Below are positions 21,735 through 31,207 of a stretch of DNA of 64,000 nucleotides, in pieces (within the stretch, counting starts at the first letter, position 1; the number at the start of each line of letters is the position of its first letter). This stretch comes from a bacterium. Lineage in GTDB: Bacteria; JADJOY01. Below the pieces are notes generated by a model. It made no database searches. It was not told the origin of the DNA and saw nothing but the letters and a program-made list of their open reading frames with translations. The stretch covers positions 1 to 64,000 of the forward strand of contig JAXLQJ010000013.1 in NCBI GenBank assembly GCA_046331705.1, written 5' to 3'. The translations under genes were made by a program, and so were the position numbers.

Positions 21735-22954
21735 TCAAGCAGTCACGGAAGCCGTCGAGACCGTGGTGTGGTGGAAGCCGAGGCGCGGATCGGAAAGCAA
21801 TCCGATGTGCTCGGGAAAGAAGCCGCGGATGGAGGGAAACGGGATGCGCTTCACCACCACCATCTCGGGATGGCGATAGACGATCACCTCGTTCAAGCCG
21901 CGGTGCGCCGTGAGCACGAAACGTCCGTCGGGGCTCACTTGCAGTCCGAGACTGCCGTCCAGGAGGCTGAAACGGCTGGCGAGCAGCACCTTGAGCAACC
22001 GGTGCGAGTTGCCGAGCACGTTCACGCGGCTGAAGGCCTCGACGAGGTTCGCCCAACCGCTGCGCAGACCGAGCAGCGAGCGGAGCAGACCCGGGCGCTC
22101 GTCGATGAACTGGACGTGCTTGAAGGTCTCGAGATCCACCCGCACCAGCGTCCCGCCTGCGCACGCGTTGTAGAAGACGTCGTTGGCGGTGACCGCCACG
22201 TCGGACGTGAACGCCGCCGGCAGCTCCTTGGCGATGGAGGCGTGGCGCGTGACCATCGCCGTCTCGGCGTCGACCTCGAAGACGTAATTCTTGAAATGGG
22301 CGAGCGTGTACTCGCCGAACTCGTTTCCCTGCGGCGCGACGCGCTGGCTGGGACCGTAGAAGAAGTCTTTGGTGGGATGCGCGGCGATGTGCCAACACGT
22401 CGCCGGAAGCGCCACCACGCGCGCGGTGTTGGTGGTGAGGTCGAAGATGCCGAGCTCGCAGGCGTAGCCCTTGTGGTCGTGGTCCATCGAGCCGTAACCG
22501 ATGTAGCGGCCCGACGGCGAGCGCTTCATCGCGTGCGGCAGCTTCACCCGATGCTCGCCGAGTCGGACCGGGTTCTCGAGATCGTCCATGTCGAAACGCC
22601 AGAACGAATCGCCGAGCACGGCGATGAAGGACTTTCCGGAGAGCCAGACCACGTGGGTCTGGCTGGAATAGAGCACGTCGGGTGCGCAGAAGCGCAGCGT
22701 CGAGAGGCGCCGCACCTCGCGCAGCGTGCGCGGATCGAAGAACAGCAGCGTCTGGGAGAGGTTGCCCAGGAACGCGAGCGTGCCCGTCGGGTTCACCTGG
22801 GTCGCGTGACCACCCGCCACGCCTTCGAAGAATTGATCTGCTTCTCCCAGCGATCCGCATCCGGATCGCAGCGAAGCCGGGCGACGCCGCACAGGCCCTC
22901 GAAACCGTTCAGGCAATTCCCGTCGAGCGTGATGAAGAGGTCGAACGCGGTCAT
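21735..22954 (-). CDS. Hypothetical beta-propeller (YVTN/WD-like) protein; frameshift near 22830
   Basis: MTAFDLFITLDGNCLNGFEG.. (ORF 22793..23089) joins ORF 21735..22988; propeller-like SPSGRY, HPTKDF and SPDGRF motifs. Confidence 0.6.
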
Positions 22955-23009
22955 GCGGTTCCTCGCTTGCGAGTGAGATTCGTCCCAACGACGTAGAGCG
23001 GGTGTTCGC

Positions 23010-23825
23010 TCAGCGGAGCGACTCCGGGTTGCCGAGCAGCTCGTGGAGCTGCTGGCAGATCCGGGCGGCTTGGATGCCATCGACCACACGGTGGTCGAAG
23101 GTGGCGCAGAGCTTGAGCATCGGCCGGACGCAGAGCTCGCCGGCGTCGTCCACCGAGGGTCGCGGACGCACGCGCGTCACGAGGATGTCGACCATGATGC
23201 GACCGATCGGTGTCAGCGGAGCGTACGCCTCGTCGACGCCGTGCATGCCGAGGCTGGTCACCATCCCGGTGCCGAAGAGATCGGCGGGCAAACCCTGCTT
23301 CGCGAGGTCGAGGTGAAGCTCGTTCATCGACAGGCTTGCCAGCGACAGGAAGGGCCGCATCAGCCACCAGGGCAGCTTGTCCATGAGCTTCTTGCTGTTG
23401 CGGAACGCGGGATCCGCGTCGGTGCGGATGCGCTCGCTCGCCGCGATGACCTCGCTCGCGAGCTGGCGTAGCGGCAGCTGGTCGGCGGCGGTGATGCGGT
23501 GCGCGGAGAGATCACGGCCGCCGGCGCCCGCGATGAGCACGGTGATGTCGACGGTCTTGCGCCGCTCGAGCTTGCCCCAGAAGCGCACCTTGGCGTTGGT
23601 CTCCGGATGGCGGGCGATGGCCACGGCCAGCGCCTTGGTCACCAGGTGCGTGACCGTGACCTGCACGCCGCACTCGTCGCGGAGCCGCTCGAGGAAGGCG
23701 AGCGCCGGCCCCATGTCGATCTCCGTCGCACCGTAGATGCTCGGGTCCTTGGGGCGACGCCACTGGGCCGCCGCCCAGCGATGGAAGAGCGACGGGTTTT
23801 CGTAAGGCGTGAAGTTGGAGCTCAT
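23010..23825 (-). CDS. 2-oxoacid dehydrogenase E2-like acyltransferase, catalytic domain only
   Basis: TFDHRVVDG catalytic motif, VTSLG; no lipoyl or E3-binding domain. Confidence 0.85.
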   Translation of the reverse strand: MSSNFTPYENPSLFHRWAAAQWRRPKDPSIYGATEIDMGPALAFLERLRDECGVQVTVTHLVTKALAVAIARHPETNAKVRFWGKLERRKTVDITVLIAGAGGRDLSAHRITAADQLPLRQLASEVIAASERIRTDADPAFRNSKKLMDKLPWWLMRPFLSLASLSMNELHLDLAKQGLPADLFGTGMVTSLGMHGVDEAYAPLTPIGRIMVDILVTRVRPRPSVDDAGELCVRPMLKLCATFDHRVVDGIQAARICQQLHELLGNPESLR

Positions 23826-23878
23826 CGGTTCGCTCCGCGGAACGGCGCCGCGATTGGGTCCCGGCTGCACAAAATCAA

Positions 23879-23899
23879 ATTGGTCCAACCACTGTACCA
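23879..23899 (-). promoter_or_regulatory. FadR/PdhR-type operator overlapping an extended -10 promoter for the E2-like gene
   Basis: ATTGGT-CCA-ACCACT at 23879-23893; minus-strand TG-G-TACAGT at 23891-23899. Confidence 0.6.
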
Positions 23900-23959
23900 C
23901 AGCACGAGCCGCCGTCCAGGATCGCGGTGTCGAGGCGATTCTCCAGAGAATTCCGGTGC

Positions 23960-24017
23960 TTGACCGGTCGGGAGGGCGGCAGCTAAGGTCGTCTTCGGTT
24001 CATTGGTTGTACCAATT
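23960..24017 (+). promoter_or_regulatory. Sigma70-like promoter plus palindromic FadR/PdhR-type operator of the regulator gene
   Basis: TTGACC (23960) - 18 bp - TAAGGT (23984); perfect inverted repeat ATTGGT-TGT-ACCAAT at 24002-24016. Confidence 0.7.
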
Positions 24018-24034
24018 TGCGTCCCGGACGCTCC

Positions 24035-24739
24035 ATGTTGACGCCCCTCAAGCGCTCGCGCGTCTCGGACGACGTTCTCGCCCAGCTCGTCGACCGGATC
24101 TTGGCGGGCGACTTCGCGAGCGGGCAGCGCCTTCCGCCGGAGCGCGAGCTCGCCCAGCAGCTCGGCGTCAATCGCACCTCGGTGCGCGAGGCGCTCCGGC
24201 AGCTGGAGTCGATGGGACTGGTGCGCATCCGCCAGGGCGACGGGATCTACGTGAAGGACCGCGAGCTGGACCCGACGCTCGCCTTCCTGCACTTCATCTC
24301 CTCGACCGGTACCGGTCTCGACGCTCGCTTCGTGATGAGCCTCGACGAGATCCGGCGGATCTTCGCCCTCGCGATGGTCGAGCTGGCCGCCGAGCGCGTG
24401 GACGACGAGGGCCTGGCGCGCCTCGAGGCGGTGCTCGAACGCTACCCGCGCGACGACACCCAGCAGCTGCTGCTCGGCGAGTGGGACTTCCGCTTCTTCC
24501 GCGAGATCGCGCGCGCCACCGGCAACCCGATCTTCGTCTATCTGATGAACACGGTGCGCGAGATCTTCGGGCAGCTGCGCGGGATCTATCTCGAGCTCGA
24601 CGAGCGGGAGCAACAGAGCGTCGCCGAGCTCAACGGCGAGCTGCTGGCGGCGCTCAAAGACCACGACCCACGGCGCGCCGTGGCCGTTCTCCAGGCGCGC
24701 ATGGATCGCGATCGCGCCGTGTTCGCCAGCCGCGCGTGA
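24035..24739 (+). CDS. GntR family, FadR-subfamily transcriptional regulator
   Basis: LPPERELAQQLGVNRTSVREAL..RQGDG wHTH; FCD-like C-terminus (IARATGNP). Confidence 0.92.
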   Translation: MLTPLKRSRVSDDVLAQLVDRILAGDFASGQRLPPERELAQQLGVNRTSVREALRQLESMGLVRIRQGDGIYVKDRELDPTLAFLHFISSTGTGLDARFVMSLDEIRRIFALAMVELAAERVDDEGLARLEAVLERYPRDDTQQLLLGEWDFRFFREIARATGNPIFVYLMNTVREIFGQLRGIYLELDEREQQSVAELNGELLAALKDHDPRRAVAVLQARMDRDRAVFASRA

Positions 24740-24926
24740 ATCGGGCTGGCGCGGTGCTCGGCCCCGGAGCAGACCGCAGCGGATTGGCGGGCGAGCGCGA
24801 GGGTTTCACGCGACACGAGTGAAGCTCGGCCGCCGGAGCCGATCGCCGCGCGAGCGATTCTCGTAGTAAGTAGGCCTGCCCTGACCGGACGGCGAGCACC
24901 CGGCGCGCCGCGCGAGCGAGCGCTAC

Positions 24927-26774
24927 GTGACGGCAACGATGCCACCCGCCGAGTCTCCGTCTCCCGCGGCCTTGCGGGTGTGGCCGGGCGCGGTCGCGGT
25001 CGCGCTGCACTGGCTCGGTCGCTTCGTTCTCCCCATTCTCGCTCCCGAGGTCGTACCGCCGGTGCTGGCGAGCACCGTCACCGCGGCGGGCGTGTTCGTC
25101 TGGTGGGTGTTCCTGAGCCGGGCCGCATGGGCCGATCGCGTCGGCGCCCTCGTGTGGATGCTGGTCGCGATGTTCGCGGCGTCGCTCGTCGCGCACGACT
25201 CCGTGGCACACGCGATCCTGGGCATCGTCTTCCGGCTCTACGGTGTGCCGGTGTTGAGCCTCGCCCTCGTGGTGGCCGCGCTCCTCACGCGCCACCGCGG
25301 CCTTCGTGCACGCCGCGCGGCGATGCTGATCGCGATCGGCTTGGCGAGCAGCCTCTTCACGCTGGTGCGCAGCGAAGGCGTCACGGGCGACGCCGCCACC
25401 GACTTCCATTGGCGATGGACCCGCACTCCCGAGGAACGCCTCCTCGCACGGTCGGGCGGTGGGCCAGCGCTGGATCCGCCCGCCGCCGGCGTGCGGTCGC
25501 GCGAGGCCCTCGCGGAGTCCACGCCGAGCGATCACCGCGAGTGGCCAGGGTTTCGCGGTCCCAAGCGCGATAGCGTCGTACGCGGCGTCGCCATCGCGGT
25601 CGACTGGACCCGCTCGCCTCCAGTCGAGCGATGGCGTCGTCCCATCGGTCCGGGCTGGTCCTCCTTCGCCGTTCGCGGCGAGGCGCTCTTCACCCAGGAG
25701 CAGCAAGGGGACGACGAGCTGGTCTCGAGCTACGCGCTCGCGACCGGCGCGCCGCTCTGGAGCCATCGTGACGCGACCCGCTTCACCGACCCCAACGGCG
25801 GCGTCGGCCCGCGCGCGACTCCGGCGGTCGTCGACGGTCGCGTCTTCGCCCTCGGCGCCACCGGAATCCTGAACGCGCTCGACGCCGTCGACGGTTCCGT
25901 CGTGTGGTCGCGGAACGTCACCGCGGACACCCAGACCGAGGTCCCGGATCACGGCTTCGCGGGCTCGCCGCTCGTGGTCGACGATTCGGTGATCGTCGCC
26001 GCCGCCGGCGTGCTCGCGTCCTACGACCGCGACACGGGCCGACCGCGGTGGGTGACACCGACGGGCGGCTGGGGCTTCAGCTCGCCGCTCGTCGCCACGA
26101 TCGACGGCGTCACCCAGCTGCTGCTCGCGAACAGCAAAGGCGTCACCGGCATCGCGTTCGCCCATGGCGCTCGACTCTGGGACTACGCGTGGGCCGGGGA
26201 CGGCATCGTGCAACCGGTCGTGCTCGCGAACGGAGACGTGCTCGTGGGCAGCGCCGACGGTCTGGGAAGCGGCTCGGGAGTCGGGATTCGACGCGTCGCC
26301 GTGACGCGCACCGCAGGCCGATGGAGCGCGACCGAACGCTGGAAGTCCGTGGACCTCAAGCCCTACTTCAACGGCTTCGTCGTTCATCGCGATCATGCCT
26401 TCGGCTTCGACGGCACCATCCTCGCCTGCATCGACCTCGCCGACGGACGGCGGAATTGGAAAGGCGGTCGCTTCGGCTACGGGCAAGTGATCTTGCTCGC
26501 GGACCAGGACGTGCTGCTGGTCATGTCCGATCGCGGCGAGCTGGCGCTGGTCGCAGCGTCCATCGACCGGTTCCGCGAGCTCGCGCGATTCCAGGTGCTC
26601 GAGGGCCGCACCTGGAACCATCCGGTGCTGGCGGGCGACGTGCTGCTCGCCCGGAACGATCACGAGATGGTCGCGTTCCGAATGCCCCCGGCGAGCGCGA
26701 GCGAGGACCCGCGGGGCGCGACCGCCGAGACCAGCTCGGCGGCGGCTCCCGAGGCTCGCCAGGCGGGCGAGTAG
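24927..26774 (+). CDS. Membrane-anchored PQQ-binding-like beta-propeller protein
   Basis: N-terminal TM helices; WPGFRGPKRD, GWSSFAV, GPRATP, GSPLV, TWNHPVL. Confidence 0.85.
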   Translation: MTATMPPAESPSPAALRVWPGAVAVALHWLGRFVLPILAPEVVPPVLASTVTAAGVFVWWVFLSRAAWADRVGALVWMLVAMFAASLVAHDSVAHAILGIVFRLYGVPVLSLALVVAALLTRHRGLRARRAAMLIAIGLASSLFTLVRSEGVTGDAATDFHWRWTRTPEERLLARSGGGPALDPPAAGVRSREALAESTPSDHREWPGFRGPKRDSVVRGVAIAVDWTRSPPVERWRRPIGPGWSSFAVRGEALFTQEQQGDDELVSSYALATGAPLWSHRDATRFTDPNGGVGPRATPAVVDGRVFALGATGILNALDAVDGSVVWSRNVTADTQTEVPDHGFAGSPLVVDDSVIVAAAGVLASYDRDTGRPRWVTPTGGWGFSSPLVATIDGVTQLLLANSKGVTGIAFAHGARLWDYAWAGDGIVQPVVLANGDVLVGSADGLGSGSGVGIRRVAVTRTAGRWSATERWKSVDLKPYFNGFVVHRDHAFGFDGTILACIDLADGRRNWKGGRFGYGQVILLADQDVLLVMSDRGELALVAASIDRFRELARFQVLEGRTWNHPVLAGDVLLARNDHEMVAFRMPPASASEDPRGATAETSSAAAPEARQAGE

Positions 26775-26829
26775 CGCCGCGCGCTCGCAGCGGGTGGAGC
26801 ACGGCAGCAACCTCGGCGAGGCGCCGCCG

Positions 26830-27840
26830 TCAGCCGGACGCGGGCGTCGCGTCGATCACGCGCCGCACCGCCGCCGCGATGCGCACGTGGCCTCGATGCG
26901 TCGGGTGCAGGTGATCCGCGGTGATCTCCCACCAGGGCAGCGCGGGGTCGACGAGGCGCGCACCCGCGGGCACCGCGTCGCGAATGAGCTTGCGCCAGCT
27001 CGGTTCCGGCCAGCGCGCCACCGGATAGTCGATGACGAGCACGTGCCCGCCCCACCCTGCCGCGTCGGCGACCACCCGCTCGAAGCAGCGCCTCAGTGCC
27101 GCCAGGCGCTCGTCGTCGTCGGTCACCGGACCGGCGGCGGGGTCGGCGGCGTGCCGGTGATTCGCCCCGACCTGGATCACGACCCACGGCGGCCGAAGCG
27201 CCTTGGTCCGCTCCCACTGCGCGAGCGTGTCGTCCGCATCCGCCCCCCGGGCGGCCACCTTCGTGGCATCGAGCATGTCGCACCACGAGCGATCCACGAA
27301 CACGCCGTAGGCCGACGAGTCGCCGAGGCAAAGGATGCCCGAAGGATGCAGGGTCTCGCTCGCGTGACTCGCGTCGACCGGATCACCGATCAGGCTCGTC
27401 CACAGGAAGAGCAGCAATCCCAGGGCCGACGCCAGGTAGGCGCGCGAGCGCGTGCGCAGCAATCGCATCGCGAGCCCCCACCACACCACGATGGCGAGCG
27501 CCGGCGTCACCCAACCGACGAGCCAGACCGCCACCATCGGCAACAACGCCGGAACGCCGGCGCCCCAGAAGAGGCAGACCGTCGCCGCCGCGGAGAGCGC
27601 GAGCCGTGCGTTCCAGTCGGGGAGGCACGAGATGCACACGCCCATCACCTGGGCCGCGAGCATCAGCAAGAAGCCATGGCCGAAGGCGACCAGCACGGCG
27701 AGCGGTGTCCGCTCGCCGAAGCGCGCGCGCAGCAAGTCGAGGGCTCTGCGCAACCAGCCGCTCGCGGCGAACGCGGCGTTCGCGCCGCTCACGGACGCGA
27801 CGGAGGGCGCGCCCGGGTCGGCGGGCACCGAGTCGAGCAC
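26830..27840 (-). CDS. Membrane-bound SGNH/GDSL hydrolase-family protein
   Basis: Several TM helices followed by LCLGDSS, QVGAN and DHLHPT blocks. Start uncertain. Confidence 0.7.
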   Translation of the reverse strand: MLDSVPADPGAPSVASVSGANAAFAASGWLRRALDLLRARFGERTPLAVLVAFGHGFLLMLAAQVMGVCISCLPDWNARLALSAAATVCLFWGAGVPALLPMVAVWLVGWVTPALAIVVWWGLAMRLLRTRSRAYLASALGLLLFLWTSLIGDPVDASHASETLHPSGILCLGDSSAYGVFVDRSWCDMLDATKVAARGADADDTLAQWERTKALRPPWVVIQVGANHRHAADPAAGPVTDDDERLAALRRCFERVVADAAGWGGHVLVIDYPVARWPEPSWRKLIRDAVPAGARLVDPALPWWEITADHLHPTHRGHVRIAAAVRRVIDATPASG

Positions 27841-27844
27841 GGCA

Positions 27845-29137
27845 TCACGCGCGCTTGCGCAGGTCGTAGACGTAGAGCGTCTCCTGCTCGCGCAGGAACA
27901 GCCGGCCGCCAGCCACCACCGGGAGCGACCAGCTCGGCCGGCGCACGTCGGGGATCGTGAGGCTTCCCTTCTCCCGATAGCCGTCGGGCGTGGCTTCGAT
28001 CAGCAACACGACGCCGTTCTGGTAGCGAAAGTAGAGATTCCCGTCCGCGTAGGTGACGGCCGCCGAACCGGTGCCGGCGTTTCGGATGTCGCCGCCCCAC
28101 GCCACCTTGCCGGTGGTGAGCTCGATGCAGATGGGCGAGCCGCGGCCATGACCGTGCCCGCCATAGACGTGGTTGCCCACCAGCACCATGCCGCCGTGGT
28201 GGTTCTGGAAGGTCTTCGGTGCGAGGAAGTACACCTCGCGCGCGTCGACGCGCTCCTCGCTCGCACGCGCCAGCTCGACCAGCGCCGAGCCGGTGTCGTA
28301 GCCGGTCGAAGCGAAGACCCAGTTGCCGCGAACCAATGGCGTCGAGATGTTCGCCGTGCTGTTGGCGACGCGGTTGTAGCCCCACAGGAAGCGCCCGTCG
28401 CTCGCCCGCACGCCGACGAGGCCGCGGCCGAGGAGCTGCACGTATTGCCGCGTGCCGGCGGCTTCACTGACCACGATCGAGGAGTAGCCCGCACCGTCCG
28501 CGCCAGCGGGACCGAGGTCGGGGATGACCGTGCGCCAGACGTCCTTGCCCGTCGCCTTGTCGAGCGCGACGATCGCGGCGCGCGTGGATCCGGGTGTCAC
28601 GAGCACTCGATCGCCGTCGACGAGCGGCGACTCGCTGAAGCTCCAGGCGGACATCATCTTGCCGCCGAAGTCGCGCGGGAGGCTGCGGCGCCAGCGCTCG
28701 TGGCCGGAGACGGCGTCGACGGCGACGAGGTCGCCCTCGGTGCCGAGCGCGAACACGGTGTCGCCGTCCACGGTCGGCGTGCCGCGCGAGCCGCCGTTGT
28801 CTCCCGGCAGCGCCGGGCCCACGCGGTACGACCACAGCGGGGCACCGCGCTCGGCGTCGAAGGCGAGCAGGTATTGCTCGCGATCGCGATCGCCCATGGT
28901 GTAGATGCGTCCACCGGACACGGCGATGCTCGCGAAGCCCGCCCCCATGCCTTCGGCCTTCCAGAGCAACGGCGGACCACCGGCGGGCCAGGTGCTCGCG
29001 AGCCCGGTCTCGCGCGCCAGCCCATCGCGCTTCGGCCCACGCCAGCCCGGCCACTCGGGGCCACCGGCGCGCGAGTCGGGAGCGACGAGCACGATGGCGG
29101 CGACGACGACGGCAAGGGCGAGGGCTGCACGCTTCAT
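27845..29137 (-). CDS. Secreted PQQ-binding-like beta-propeller protein
   Basis: Signal peptide MKRAALALAVVV; WPGWRGPKRDG, SRGTPTV, SESPLV, GYSSIV, STPLV, WSLPVVAGGRLFLR. Confidence 0.88.
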   Translation of the reverse strand: MKRAALALAVVVAAIVLVAPDSRAGGPEWPGWRGPKRDGLARETGLASTWPAGGPPLLWKAEGMGAGFASIAVSGGRIYTMGDRDREQYLLAFDAERGAPLWSYRVGPALPGDNGGSRGTPTVDGDTVFALGTEGDLVAVDAVSGHERWRRSLPRDFGGKMMSAWSFSESPLVDGDRVLVTPGSTRAAIVALDKATGKDVWRTVIPDLGPAGADGAGYSSIVVSEAAGTRQYVQLLGRGLVGVRASDGRFLWGYNRVANSTANISTPLVRGNWVFASTGYDTGSALVELARASEERVDAREVYFLAPKTFQNHHGGMVLVGNHVYGGHGHGRGSPICIELTTGKVAWGGDIRNAGTGSAAVTYADGNLYFRYQNGVVLLIEATPDGYREKGSLTIPDVRRPSWSLPVVAGGRLFLREQETLYVYDLRKRA

Positions 29138-29381
29138 GGATTCACACCTTTGAGATTCGTGCGGGAGGTGCTTCATTGTGCGAGCCGTCGGCTCGGGTTG
29201 TCGAGCACATGCGCACGCCAGCGCTCGCGCGACACGATCGTTTCGCCGCGCTGGGCGCGCACGGCGAAGACCTCGCGAGCGCACGTCGATCCGCTCCCCC
29301 GCGCCACCGTCGGCCACCGAGAACACGGACGATCGTGCGTCCCTTCCCCGCCGCCCAGCGCCGAGTGCGAGCGTGAGCTCG

Positions 29382-29663
29382 ATGGAAACGCCGCGCTCCG
29401 GTGCGCGCGGGCGCTGGATGTGGATCGTGGTGCTGGTGTTCGCCGTCCTGCACTGGGACTTCTGGCTGTGGGACGACACCTCGCTCTGGTTCGGGTTCCT
29501 GCCCGCGGGTCTCGGCTACCATGCCTTCTACTCGCTCGGCGCCGGGTTGCTGTGGGCTGCGTTCATCGCGCTCGCCTGGCCGGAGCACATCGAGGCGTGG
29601 GCCAACTCGGCTGACGCCCCGCCGTCGCTCGGCTCGAGCCAGCACGGCGAGGAGTCGCGATGA
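29382..29663 (+). CDS. DUF3311-like small membrane protein (SSS transporter partner)
   Basis: LHWDFWLWD..FGFLPAGLGYH; two TM helices; overlaps the symporter start (ATGA). Confidence 0.8.
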   Translation: METPRSGARGRWMWIVVLVFAVLHWDFWLWDDTSLWFGFLPAGLGYHAFYSLGAGLLWAAFIALAWPEHIEAWANSADAPPSLGSSQHGEESR

Positions 29664-31207
29664 CCCCCTCCGTGGCAGCGCCGTCGTACCTGCCGCTCTA
29701 CGTGATCGCCGCGTACCTGACGGTGCTCGTGGTGCTCGGGCTCGCGAGCATGCGTTCGTTTCGTGGCACGGCGCAGGACTACTTCACCACGACCCACTCG
29801 GTGGGCCCGGTGCTCTTCCTGCTCTCGATCTTCGCCACCACCATGACCGCGTTCGCCATGGTGGGCTCGACGGGCAAGTCGTTCGAGGCGGGCATCGGTG
29901 TCTACGCGCTGATGGCGTCGTCGTCGGGGCTCGTCCACACGCTGGTGTTCTTCCTCGTCGGCATGCGGCTCTGGGCCATCGGCAAGCGCTATGGCTTCGT
30001 GACGCAGATCCAGTTCTTCCGCGATCGCTTCGAGTCGCAGGCGCTCGGCACGTTGCTCTTCCCGATCCTCGTGCTGCTGATGATTCCGTACGTCATCACC
30101 GGTTTCATCGGCGCGGGCGCGTTCGTGCAAGGCGCCACCCGCGGCATGTTCCCCGTCGCGTTCGCGACCTCCGACCCGGCGACCAACGGCGCGATTCCGG
30201 TGTGGATCACGGTCATGGTCGTGGGCGCGGTGGTGCTGCTCTACATCCTGCAAGGCGGCGTGCGCGGCGCGGTTTGGGCCAACGCCTTCCAGACGGTGAT
30301 GTTCCTGCTCGCGGGCGTCGCCGCGGTGTGGATGATCGCGCGCAGCCTGGGCGGCGCGCACGCCGCCAGCGCCGCGGTGCTCGCCAAATCCCCCGCGCAC
30401 CTGATGCGCGAGGGGAAGATCGGGCACGGACAATTCCTCTCCTACATGCTCATCCCGCTTTCCGTGGGCATGTTCCCGCACCTCTTCCAGGCCTGGCTCA
30501 CCGCCAAGGACGCGCGTTCCTTTCGGCCGGTGCTCGTCTTCCATCCGATCTTCATCCTGATCGTGTGGTTGCCGTGCGTGCTGATCGGCGTGTGGGCGGT
30601 CGGGCAAGGCCTGCCGGCCAAGCACCCGAACGTGGTGCTGGGGATGATGACCACGAAGTACGTCCCCAACGCGATCGTGCGCGGCTTGGTGCAGGCGGGA
30701 ACCATCGCCGCGATCATGTCCATGGACAGCCAGATCATGGCGCTCGGCACCATGTTCACCGAGGACGTGGTGGTGCCGCTGGTGGGCAAGGGGCGCCTCA
30801 CCGACCGCGCGCAGGTCTACTCGAGCCGCGGTTTCATCGTCGCGATCACGGCTCTCGCGCTCCTGCTCTCGCTGCGGCCGCCGCCCAACGTCTTCGATCT
30901 CGGCGTGTGGACGTTCTCGAGCTTCAGCGGCCTCTTTCCGCTGGTGCTCGCGGCGATCTACTGGAAGCGAGCCACCAAGGCCGGCGCCGTCGCCTCGGTG
31001 CTCGCGATGCTGGCGACCTGGAGCGTGCTCTTCTACCGGGGTCTCATCGCGCCGATCCTCAGCGGCGTCGCGCATCCCGAAGAGCCGCTGGTTCTCGGCC
31101 TCATGCCGGTGGCGTGGGTCGTGCTCGCGTCCAGCGTGGCGCTGGTGACGGTGTCGCTCGCGACCCGACCGCCCGCGGAAGCGACGCTCCGCAAGTACTT
31201 CGCATGA
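29660..31207 (+). CDS. Sodium:solute symporter family transporter
   Basis: About 13 TM helices; DYF..R/HSVG, FATTMTAF, GGVRG..WAN, AAIMSMDSQ. Confidence 0.92.
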   Translation: MTPSVAAPSYLPLYVIAAYLTVLVVLGLASMRSFRGTAQDYFTTTHSVGPVLFLLSIFATTMTAFAMVGSTGKSFEAGIGVYALMASSSGLVHTLVFFLVGMRLWAIGKRYGFVTQIQFFRDRFESQALGTLLFPILVLLMIPYVITGFIGAGAFVQGATRGMFPVAFATSDPATNGAIPVWITVMVVGAVVLLYILQGGVRGAVWANAFQTVMFLLAGVAAVWMIARSLGGAHAASAAVLAKSPAHLMREGKIGHGQFLSYMLIPLSVGMFPHLFQAWLTAKDARSFRPVLVFHPIFILIVWLPCVLIGVWAVGQGLPAKHPNVVLGMMTTKYVPNAIVRGLVQAGTIAAIMSMDSQIMALGTMFTEDVVVPLVGKGRLTDRAQVYSSRGFIVAITALALLLSLRPPPNVFDLGVWTFSSFSGLFPLVLAAIYWKRATKAGAVASVLAMLATWSVLFYRGLIAPILSGVAHPEEPLVLGLMPVAWVVLASSVALVTVSLATRPPAEATLRKYFA

